Part shown: in pieces, positions 24,681-36,200 of the stretch
Layout of the letters: each line of letters begins with the position of its first letter
Numbering within the stretch: the stretch's first letter is position 1
Assembly: GCF_002113885.1 (NCBI RefSeq)
Contig: NW_018406901.1
Span: 145,969-209,968 of the forward strand
Direction of reading: 5' to 3'
DNA from: Mizuhopecten yessoensis
Lineage: Eukaryota
DNA: 64,000 nt
Program-made: the position numbers and the translations under genes
Notes under the pieces: generated by a model
What the model was told of the DNA's origin: nothing
Databases searched by the model: none
What the model saw: only the letters and a program-made list of their open reading frames with translations

Positions 24681-26807
24681 TACCGTACCCAAACTGTCAA
24701 CGTAATTGTCCCCTTAGTTGTCTATAGATAAAACATCGTCATAATGGTCGACTTTTAAGTGTTCTACGTCTTTGAAACAGCTAAGGTCATGTGGTGACGG
24801 CGACCATTGTCGACAGGGCCACTCTTTAGTGTCACCACACTGGAATGTCACGTGATTTGATTCCATCAGGTGGTATATGACTGACAATGGACGAACCAGG
24901 GATGGCTAGGGGGACGCCGCAGGGAAAATAGGCGTAAGCAGAAGATCTTTTTTGTCTCCTCGTTGAGAAGAGGACAGAGTAGAACTGCACAACACCCCAC
25001 CCCCTCCCCCACCCCACCACACCCACACATCGGTCGCATCTGCCTATCATGAAGTGGGATATTGCCGGTCAATCATTTCTACTAACTCTGTAGAGATTCT
25101 CTGGCGTTACAAATCGAAACTTGATACCAAAAGCAACGCTTATTCTATAACGATTTATTCGCGAGCATTTTTCTCCATGTGAATTTACGCGCAAATAATT
25201 GTCACGATCTTTAGTGCATATCGTTTTAAACAGTTTTAAAATCCATATAATTTAAAATGTGTTTAAAAATTAACATATTTTAGGGAAATAAAACAAGGGC
25301 TCCATATATACACAAGTACTTGATAGGAACACTTAATGCATAATGCACTATTGTTGATGTAATCGTTAATAACAGATATGGACAATAATCCCCGGAAATC
25401 CTGATTGGAAGATAAAAAATTTAGAAGTAACAATGCAGATTTTTTGAACGTAAGATACTTTAGTTGAGCTTTGCTAAGTCTAATGTTTTGCATCGGAAAT
25501 GAAGGGTTAAAGTTGTTTTTCAATGTCATTTAAATCAAACTTCTAAGTCAGGCTTCGTATCAAAAATAAGCTACGTTAGATAGGGGTTTTTCGACTTGGT
25601 CACACAAACCGGAAGAATGTTAACGAGAAGCGAAGTTTTAAACTTAGCATGGACCCAAAGCTTTCATAAAACAAAGAGCGTTATTATTGCTGTCCCGGCA
25701 ATCTATAACGAAAATATTATCTTTAGTTTTCACGGATGCATTGACTTCGCTTCGCAGCGCAAAGAAATTTTGAGATATCCGTTTTATGAAAGAAGAGGCG
25801 TCCTTTGTCCACTCCAAGAAACTGCATGGTCCTTGTATACAGCCTAAACACCCCGACAATTTTAGCCATTTACGTAATGAAATTGTCTCAAATATCGTGG
25901 AATCTTCGTGAAATGCATCAATGTGCCTCAGGTTCATCGGCCCTGTATATTGCAATGTTTTAGTATTTTAAAATCATTTTCGTATAGTTATTGAAATTAT
26001 CTACTCCACTCGTATTATTAAATGTCTTCGATAAGACAAAGAAGAAAATCTCAGATTCAGCAGGAAGTTTGTCGTTTAGTCGCCTCAAACGGGCCAGTGA
26101 CGCTTCATCTCTGAGCTAGCCCAAGAGCAGTTATCCGCATTAATTGCGAAGCAGCTGTGTAAAAACAGGGCCTCGTTGTACGATTACATCTATCATTGGT
26201 AATTGTCATATCAAGTTCCGAATGACTCACACGAAATCGTACCAATATTGTTCGAGAAAGATTTGGTAAAATTACTGAATGTTTAAGACGTAATCAATCA
26301 AAGTCGATATTACTCACAGAATATATCTATAATATTGACACAGTCTTCGCGCCTAGCCCTAATCCACCACTGCGACAGGCTGGCATGTCATTCGACACAT
26401 AAACAAATTGTTTTACTAATCGCATTTGGGGGGAGGGGGTGCGATATTTGTACTTTAGAAGCGGAAAATTGAAAGTATTAACCTCGCCAAGTTTGTTGAT
26501 AAGTGCTTTCCTTGGTTGTGTTTCCGTTTGCACAACATCTATTACATTTTTTTTGTATTTATATAAGATTTTATTGCAATTTTCAAGTCCACATAGTTCA
26601 CCGTTAGTTTGCTTCAAACAAGGAAGATTATAATTCATCAAAGTATCAAATACTGACGTATAGCCATTCTTTAAATTTGTTTGAAACTTTCCAGGTATAT
26701 ATGCGTTCGACTGTCACTCTACTTTAGCTGATAACTATTCTTTGATATTGGAACAATCGCCACAATGGTTATATCTTTTAGATGGTGAGTTATTTATGAA
26801 AATAAGT

Positions 26808-26871
26808 GGTTTGGTTTGGTTTGGTTTAGTATTATTTAACGTCCTATCAACAGCTATGGTCATTTACGGAC
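26808..26871 (-). mobile_element. 5'-truncated SINE 3' tail
   Basis: (GGTTT)n plus ttaacgtcctatcaacagctatggtcatttacggac, the reverse complement of the same tail. Confidence 0.75.
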
Positions 26872-27824
26872 TGATCCATCTTTAAAGTTCTAATTTAATC
26901 CGATTAAGATGTTAAGGCTGTAAATGATTATCTTCCTACGTCTCAGTAAATCCGTATTTTTTTTCTCAACATGAGAAAATGCTGTGTTTCCACGCTATGG
27001 CTTCACTCGCTATTTATTGCTCTGTCACTGAATATTTTTTTAACACAATGCTGACTTCCGGTTTGCGAACATTTCACCTCCCTGTAAGCCGGTGTCATCC
27101 GCCTTGTCCCTGCTGTTATGTCAAGCGTTAGAGTGAATCAGATGGACACTTGTCGACAAGCAGCGCCCCCGTGTGGTCCTCCATCAACCAAGTTGTCGTC
27201 TGTCACAGATATAGCTTCGGAGACACAACAGAACGAAAGAACGACATGATCTGTAGGTGGTAAGCTGTGAATCTTGTTCGAAGAGAGAAACGAATCCGCC
27301 CACAGCTAGAAAGACATTGTTCGATGTCTCTGCCTATGTGTTACCTGCTTCGTCAGAGAGGTATCCTACCATGTACTCGGGTCGTGTAGCGAGGTTGTAC
27401 GACAGGGATCCTCGCTGGACGTTTGGCCCTGACCGCCCGGGGCTACAAGATAGAGATCCGACCGACCAAGACGGACGCTTGTATGATATGGTTAAACAGC
27501 AATGAGAACATATCTACACGATGTAATAGGGAACACTCTCTCGTTTAATACTGACATTTTAAAATAAATGATATAAAAACGGTAAAAAGATTATACCTGT
27601 TTTTAGCAGCAATTTTTGTTTGTTTGTTAAAAGGACATCTGTTTGTTTGTTTGTTTGAATGGCATTTCCCTGTCAAATGTCATGTCATCTTGTGTAGTGT
27701 TTGCAGGTCAGAGTCCATATGGTGACCGCGATTACTAAAGCTGAGACCCGAGTAACGTAAGGATCTGTACCCAAAGCATCTTCGAAATCAGAGGGTTCCG
27801 TTTTCGAAACACATGTCTTCTTTG

Positions 27825-28179
27825 TGTAGCGAAACTGGACTATGTCGATTGTCGGCGACCAGGTTCCTCATTTTGTAGCGGCGTCCGTCTAGAGGTCTGA
27901 GGGTCCTGGGTTCGAACCCCGCTCTGGTCGTGCATTTCTCTGCTCCTATTTGACATTTGATGCCTGTGACCATGCTTGACAAAGGGACCAAACCTGGGTT
28001 GTAAATAGTTGTGTGTTGGCGGCAAAGACTTCGAAAAAGGAAGGAGGAATGTAGCGGAACTGGACTACTGTCGATCGTCGGCGACCAGGTTCCTCAATTT
28101 TTAAGAGCGTCCGTGTAGAGTTCGGAGGGTCCCGGGTACGAACCCTGGTCTTGCCATGCATTTTCCCGCTCTTGTAACA
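27825..28179 (+). mobile_element. Complete TRIM (miniature non-autonomous LTR retrotransposon) with tRNA-like LTRs, Helenus-like
   Basis: Two ~130-bp direct repeats TGTAGC...ACA (27825-27955 and 28050-28179), PBS-like TGATGCCTGTGACC (27958-27971), PPT GAAAAAGGAAGGAGGAA (28033-28049), and a 4-bp TSD TTTG on both flanks. Each LTR has a tRNA-like segment with a B box (GGTTCGAACC in LTR1). Confidence 0.88.
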
Positions 28180-29687
28180 TTTGCATCACTTAAGGCCGAA
28201 GATGTACCGAAAGCGGACGAATTATGACTTTAAGTCTTTTAATCTATCTCTAATCCTTGCTTTACAATCTCGTCGCCCAAGAAGATGTAGACTTACCACG
28301 CTTCTCGTTTTACTGATTCATTTGAAGTTCACTTAACACCTGAAGGAAATGCACTTCAGTTATTAAACAATGGCGTGGCGGTCGGTAGGAGTATACTTAG
28401 ACTTAGGAATTAATTAGTGTGTTCATTTACAGCCGAACTATTTCAAAATTTAAGCTCCGACTCGTTTTTAGTATACTGCTATTTGCAAACGACAGATGTG
28501 CTAATTTGTGTTGTCAGAACGTTTCACTGAAAGCCCCGTGTGGCCAACGGGTGACAGATCATTTGTTGAAATACGGCTTCGGTGTTAATTATTTTTCTTT
28601 GTACTTTTGTTGAAATTATTGAAACGATTTAAATTGAGGTGAATGAACTAATGGTTCTATGTATGGAACGAAAATGTATTTTGGATGATGTTGGCTTGGN
28701 GGGGGGTTAGGTATGGAGAGGGAGAGGTAGCTGAGATGTGGTGGGTGGTTAGCGCGTTGACTATCAAAATGCAAATTAGCATGTCCTGATAAACATACAT
28801 GGGTTATAAGGTTGTAATTCGGAATGCAAATTCACATGTAAATAGAAACTCGTTTGATTCTGTTTTGATGATTTCGGAAGAAATACAAAGAAAATAAAAT
28901 ACACGAAGAAAATATAAACTAATTAATTAATACCTTAATCGTCAATGTTGTACGACTCTATAAAGTACATTGTAATTTTGCTTCCGTTGCATTAAATTCG
29001 GTGCAGCGTTCTGGTGCTGACTAAAACACATACTCTATGATTTACCGAAGATTGTTCATAGTCACTCCAGCGCTTGCTGTATATAAAGCGATTCATTTTC
29101 TTAGAAATCTTTCCATCTTACCGAATTAGAGGCTTTAAATCAGTAAATTAATACAGAAGATGACGCCCTGGGCAGGTCGATACCCCGCTCGCGATATACT
29201 GAAGAGTGTAAAGTACAAAACACTACACTCTCAAGTCAATAACGATGGTTCTTCATCTGTAAACTAGTTCCCCACGCGCGAGACTTTCTGTTGTAAATCT
29301 GTATCATATTTCGCGAACAGTTTCTCTGTCGAGATATAAAATCGTGAATTTCTGTTAATTGTACAAGAAAAGCTTGTCCGACCATGCTCGAATGGAAATG
29401 GAACCTTGTTAATGCAGAGCCTCTTTAACCAGGAACCTTATTAATACGGACAGAGCCCAGTTGATATGAAGTCTCGTTAATACGGAGTCTCGTTAATCCA
29501 GAGTCTCGTAGATCCGCACTCCAGAATTCGAATTTGTAAAGTTGTTTCTTTGTGTTGAAGTTTAAAAAATCTTTTTTCCCCCCTGGTGAATGTATAATTG
29601 AATTTCGGTTGGAAAATGTTCATAAAATTGGAACATTGTTAATCCGAACAAGTATATTTCACTAACCAGGTTCAATCTTCTGTTAAG

Positions 29688-29912
29688 TCGGCAGTCGGGT
29701 GACGCTGTCGAAAACGCACTCGCCTTGAACCAATGCGGCCAGGGTTCGATTTCACGATCGGACGTGAACAGGTGAAGGTTCACCTGCCCGAAAACGCGGG
29801 TTTTCTCCGGGTACTCCGGTTTCCTCCCACATTAAGACCCCCGGCTTACTAACAGCCGGGCCAACAGGGGTGATTAATATAAGTTGAAACAGCTTGTTTC
29901 ATAATTGTTGTT
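29688..29912 (+). mobile_element. tRNA-derived SINE with V-domain-like core
   Basis: tRNA-like head with B box GGTTCGATT, followed by gggttttctccgggtactccggtttcctcccac, which is typical of V-SINE cores. Confidence 0.75.
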
Positions 29913-32022
29913 ATATACCGTAAACTGAAAACAAAATGTCTACAATGAAATTGAGCTGTTTGATACGAGTTATAGAAATAGACATTTCCTAGAAATCATA
30001 GTAGCATTTTGAACTAGATGATGATTATATCAAAATTGTTTTTGAAGATAATGCCATTCTGAAATTTTCAGTCTTTAAGTAGCTACACTAATTAAAACAA
30101 ATAGTAGCGCTATAATCCTCTTCTGATTATAATTATCTCCCTTTGAAATTAAAAATAAATCTTAAAGATCTATAGTAGGGTCGTAATGCTTATAGATTCA
30201 GCTTTTAAACGACATTGCAACCATCAAAGAACAAATCTAAAAGAAATTAGTCATACTAACATGGCCACTGCAAGAGAGAAATTTAGATTGTCGAGAAATT
30301 CACTTTTATACTTTAAAACTTTGCTATGATTAAACCGCATCCTGAATATGCTTTGAAATGTTTGACATAGTTTCGTTAAGTAATTGTATAAATATGCAGT
30401 TGTAATGACACTGTTCTTCTATATACGCCAAAGAGAATATGCGGCGCACGAACACATTTTTATTTTGTCCTTTTCATTTTAAAGTTAACGATTTTCTGAA
30501 GTTTCCATGGAAACGATTTTTTTATGGTTAATGTTATCATTGTTTTGTTGAGAAAATACGTTCTCTAATATAATTTCTTATCGATCAAGATATCCGCGGA
30601 ATTAATCATGTTCATTACTTTTATTTGTAGCGTTGAATCGCCTTTATCAGAACAAAACATTCTGATGACGGAGACTAGAAAAATCCATAGCGCGTGAAGC
30701 AAATTTAATAATATTCAGAGTCGGAGACGGATTGGAGAAATTTGGCAGCATGGGAATATCTTATTTGATTATTATATTGCTTTAAAGCTAAATCAATTGT
30801 CTGGGGTAAAATGAGATTTTCCTTGACGATATGTAAGAAAATCTCTGACTGACCAAATTAAGTCAGGTGCTAAACCAACGCTTGAAAATGATTAAAGGAA
30901 CGGATTGATAATTCCGTCTTCTTCCTTTTTAAGCAAGAAAGTATAGTAGGAAAAATCACATGAAAGATATAAATATTGCAATCACTCTTTATTGGATTTC
31001 ATTGTAATCATCATATTTTCAGACGAGTGGAAGAAACCCATTACTACATAGTAACAATTTTCCCAGATAGATTACATTTGAACCCATACATTTTTCTTTA
31101 AGCGTAAAACCTGAGAAACCCCACAGAGAGCATGGAAGTGTTTTATTTTTCAACGGGAGACCAGTTGAAAGGATTTTCAAATCATTGGTTTATGCCTTTT
31201 TTGCACCATTTTTGTTCAACACGGCGATGAACGTATTGACGCGATAATGGAATTTTGGGAATTCTTTTGCTATTAATATTTCCAGATTTATTTGTATTTA
31301 ATATAAATAAAGATATGAAAGGATATTTATAAATTAAGAAAATGGAAAGATCTCATAAATCTGAAAAAGAATTCTTACAAATCCGAGAAAAACCCTACAG
31401 AGTTTTCAAGGTCAAATAATAGCATGCCAACTCATTTTTCCAACTGATCAACAGGTATTCATTTTACGCATGCGCAGTGCTTCTTGCCTCGATCCTCACA
31501 CAGATTGAATGATACAATTGAACATGCCAGTAGATAACATACATCTGGTACCATTTCGTATTTCTATATTTAATTCATTTTTATTTAACAGTTACGTAAA
31601 GATCATGTTTAAAAAAATCGACTATATTTTTTTTATAGGTTAGCAATAAAATTGATAATGTGTGTCGACCCAAAGTCTCTTTACGGGGCAGCGTGATAAT
31701 TGGGTACCTATCAGCTGTTTGCATGTGAAAAACATGTAAAAAAAGGCGGAGCAATAGATAGAAACCCTGACTCCACTCTAACTGTCTATAAAAGTCAATA
31801 CGCATTTCCCCACAATACAATGCCGCTTTTGAAATATATTTCTCCCTATCGACTGAAATAACCTTGCACATTATCTTCGTGAAAACGTCCATAGAGACCC
31901 TGAAATATTGTGATAGAGGGTATAGTCAGCGAATGTTACTTACAAAATAAGTGAATGAATCAGTAATAAAATTCATCTTATCTCGCGGGAGCGTCTTCAA
32001 TGTTTTGCTATAGACCAAACAC

Positions 32023-32080
32023 GACCTTAAATGACCTCAACCTTAAATAGGACGTTAAACCAATCAAATAAAATCCAACC
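32023..32080 (+). mobile_element. Diverged SINE 3' tail
   Basis: gaccttaaatgacct...aataggacgttaaaccaatc. Confidence 0.6.
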
Positions 32081-32362
32081 GAAGCTATACAGTACCAATA
32101 TCAATTGTAACTGACATCATAACATTGTACCAAAAGTAATTAAATTCCACTTGCGAGGTTATATGACATATTCACCAAACCCGAATATGCACTTTATTAC
32201 TTCAGTCAATACTGATCGGTGTTTTTCTCGATTTGCCCGATTTTGAATTTTAAGAAAAAAATAAGATCTGTATTTCAAAAGCTGACGACGAATTTCTTTC
32301 ATTGCATGATCTCCAAACACGTAGTAATTAAATGATACTTATCAAAATTATGCTTCCGTATG

Positions 32363-32398
<36 letters not shown>
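32363..32398. repeat. A36 homopolymer
   Basis: Direct reading. Confidence 0.95.
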
Positions 32399-32400
<2 letters not shown>

Positions 32401-32811
32401 AGATTAACTTGTTCTCACCGAAATCATACACTATATAATAGTATCGTCGTTTTGGGTCCAATGAAATACATATAAGTACGTTGTCCTTATATTTTTTGCA
32501 GAGAAGTACAAAAATACTATGAAATTACATGTAAAAACATATATAATGAACTTACCATGAACATTACTACATGCTGTAGCAGTTGGAATCCCAAACAGAC
32601 CAACCAAAGATGTTTGGTAAACATTCCAAATGAAGTGAAAGAAAATACTACTATGCATGATGCATACGGAAAATACGGACCAATGAGGATTGGTGAACTT
32701 GTTAATGTTGCATAACACTGATATAATAATCGTACATGTACGTCCAATCTAGTGTTCGTTTAAATGTTTAAATACCTGTACAGGTAAATAACACGCTAAT
32801 ATATTAAATGC

Positions 32812-32883
32812 TGGGAACAATTTGTTAACATGGGGGTTCAACAGGGATCTGTTCTAGGCTCAGCCTTCTTTCTGAATGAATTT
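32812..32883 (+). pseudogene. Fragment of LINE reverse transcriptase (CR1/L2-like)
   Basis: Translates WEQFVNMGVQQGSVLGSAFFL, matching the RT motif GVPQGSVLGP.LF. Confidence 0.6.
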
Positions 32884-33227
32884 TAATCATTGCAAACTCA
32901 TCTTTAAAATTACACCGTGCATGGTACCGCCTTTTATTTCACTCTTTGTTCTCTTTCCAAAATCAGTTTTGGAGAAGTTTATATATATATTTAGATTGAA
33001 TATTGTATATAATTAATAAATTATGAACCTTTCTTCACTCGTCAAAGCCCCACTTTGAGAGTCAAATCAACAAAAAAACATTTTCTTTAAATGTCGATAA
33101 AGAAGTCACCCTCATTCAAAATCGAATAAAAATCCATTCTCATTTCCCTTATCGGTTCTTGGCACCGACTACCACCATTTATCATTTAATATCTATCCTT
33201 CACTTTATGGTGTACGGATTTGGAATC

Positions 33228-36200
33228 TTTCCTCTCCTATACGTATCTGACACCTAGTAACGTCCTATTCCCCCCTATACGTATCTGACACCTAGTACCG
33301 TCCTATGCCCTCCCCTATACGTACCTGAGACCTAGTAACGTCCTATTCCCTCCCCTATACGTACCTGCCACCTAGTAACGTCCATTTAATATCTATCCTT
33401 CACTTTATGGTGTACGGATTTGGAATCTTTCCTCTCCTATACGTACCTGATACCTAGTAACGTCCTATTCCTATGCCCTCCCCTTGAGGTACCGGACACC
33501 TAGTACCGTCATATTCACTCCCATATACGTACCCAACACCTATAGTACCGTCATATTCAATCCCCTATAGGTACCTCACACCTAGTTACGTCCAATTCCC
33601 CCCCCCATACGTTCCTGGCACCTAGTTCCGTCCAATTCACTCCCCTATATGTACCTGACACCAGGTACCGTCCTTTTCAATCCCCTATACATACCTGACA
33701 CCAGGTACCATCCTATTCAATCCCCTGTACGTACCTGACACCAGGTAGCGTCCTATTCAATCCCCTGTACGTACCTGACACCCAGTACCGTCCTATTCTC
33801 TCCCCTATACGTCCCTGACATCAAGTACCGTCCTAGTCCCTCCCCTATACATACCTGACACCAGGTACCGTCCTACTCAATCCCCTATACGTAGCTGGCA
33901 CCTAGTACCGACCTATTCACTCCCCTATACATACCTGACACCAGGTACCGTCCTATTAAATCCCCTATACGTAGCTGGCACCTAGTACCATCCTAGTCCC
34001 TCTCCTATACGTACCTGACATCAAGTACCGTTCTATTCACTCCCCTATTCGTACCTGGCACCTAGAACCGTCCTATTCAATCCCCTATACGAACCTGACA
34101 CCTAGTACCTTCCTATTCCCTCCCCAATACGTACCTCACACCTAGTTACGTCCAATTCCCACCCCTATACGTACCTTACACCTAGTAACGTCATATTCCT
34201 TCCTACGTACCTGACACCTGGTCCCGTCCTATTCACTCCCTATGCCCTCCCCTTGAGGTACCGGACACCTAGTACCGTCATATTCAATCCCCTATAGGTA
34301 CCTCACACCTAGTTACGTCCAATTTCTTCCCCTATACGTACTTGACACCAAGTACCGTTCTATTCACTCCCCTATACGTAACTGACACCTAGTCCCGTCA
34401 TATTCCCTCTCCTATACGTCCCTGACATCAAGTACCGTTCTATTCCCTCCCCTACACGTACCTGGCACCTAGAACCATCCTATTCCCTCCCCCTAGTAAC
34501 GTCCTATTCCCTCGCCTATACGTACCTCACACCTAGTTACGTCCAATTTCTTCCCCTATACGTACCGGACAACTAGTAAAGACCTTTTCCCTCACCTATA
34601 CGTACCTGGCGCCTAGTACCGTCCTATGCGCTCCCCTTTAGGTCCCTGACACCTAGTACCGTCATATTCAATCCCCTATATGTACCTGACACCAGGTACC
34701 GGCCTATTCAATCCCCTGTACGTACCTGGCACCTAGAACCGTCCTATTCAATCCCCTGTACGTACCTGGCACCGAGTACCGTCCTATTCCCCCCCCATAC
34801 GTACCTGACACCAGGTACCGTCCTATTAAATCCCCTATACGTACCTAACACCTAGTAACGTCCTATTCACTCCCTATGCCCTCCCCTATTCGTACCTGGC
34901 ACCTAGTTCCGTCCAATTCACTCCCCTATACATACCCGGCACCTAGTACCGTACTATTCCATTCCCTATACGTACCTGTCACCTAGTACCGTCCAATTCC
35001 CTCCCATATACGTACCCGACACCTAGTAACGTCATATTCCTTCCTACGTACCTGACACCCAGTAATGTCCTATTCCCTCCCATATACGTACCCGACACCT
35101 AGTAACGTGCTATTCCCTCCCCTATACGTACCTGACACCTAGTAACGTCCTATTCCCTCCCCTATACGTACCTGACACCTAGTACCGTCCTATTCCCTCC
35201 CCTATACGTACCTGACACCTAGTACCGTCCTATTCCCTCCCCTATACGTACCTGACACCTAGTAACGTCCTATTCCCTCCCCTATACGTACCTGACACCT
35301 AGTAACGTCCTATTCCCTCCCCTATACGTACCTGACACCTAGTAACGTCCTATTCCCTCCCCTATACGTACCTGACACCTAGTAACGTCCTATTCCCTCC
35401 CCTATACGTACCTGACACCTAGTAACGTCCTATTCCCTCCCCTATACGTACCTGACACCTAGTAACGTCCTATTCCCTCCCCTATACGTACCTGACACCT
35501 AGTAACGTCCTATTCCCTCCCCTATACGTACCTGACACCTAGTAACGTCCTATTCCCTCCCCTATACGTACCTGACACCTAGTAACGTCCTATTCCCTCC
35601 CCTATACGTACCTGACACCTAGTAACGTCCTATTCCCTCCCCTATACGTACCTGACACCTAGTAACGTCCTATTCCCTCCCCTATACGTACCTGACACCT
35701 AGTACCGTCCTATGCCCTCCCCTATACGTACCTGACACCTAGTAACGTCCTATTCCCTCCCCTATACGTACCTGACACCAAGTACCGTCCTATTCCCTCC
35801 CCTATAGGTACCTTACACCTAGTACCGTCCTAGTCCCTCTCCTGTATATACCTGACACTTAGTACCGTCCTATTCACTCCCCTATACTTACCTGACACCT
35901 AGTACCATCCTAGTCCCTCTCCTATACGTACCTAACACCAAGTACCGTCCTATTCACTCCCCTATACATACCTGACACCAAGTACCGTTCTATTCCCTCC
36001 CCTATACGTACCTGACACCAAGTACCGTCCTATTCACTCCCCTATACGTACCTGACACCTATTACTGTCCTATTCCCTCCCATATACGTACCCAACACCT
36101 ATAGTACCGTCCTATGCCCTCCCCTTTAGGTACCTGACACCTAGTACCGTCCTAGTCCCTCTCCTGTATATACCTGACACCTAGTACCGTCATATTCCCC

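Larger units (their letters stand above)
31639..32715 (+). pseudogene. Possible decayed protein-primed DNA polymerase B relic (Polinton/adenovirus-like)
   Basis: Motif-like peptides in the expected order: IMCVDPKSLYGAA, TSIETLKYCDRG, MHDAYGKYG. Stops and a frameshift are present; recognised by eye only. Confidence 0.3.

Noticed and set aside
27100-27510. GC-rich stretch with RCLCLC...HVLGSCSEVVRQG, reminiscent of a non-LTR retrotransposon zinc knuckle
   Set aside because: It needs several frameshifts and deletions to fit, so it cannot be supported without a profile search.
28700-28700. Single N base (also at 55346)
   Set aside because: An assembly ambiguity next to G-rich sequence, not a biological feature.
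30501-30514. Perfect palindromic X-box-like GTTTCCATGGAAAC (similar motifs at about 49452 and 51843)
   Set aside because: These are isolated motifs with no associated promoter or exon evidence.
29930-31460. Protein-like translations upstream of the PolB-like motifs
   Set aside because: Stop density in the best frame is not clearly below random for AT-rich DNA, and no motif is recognisable.
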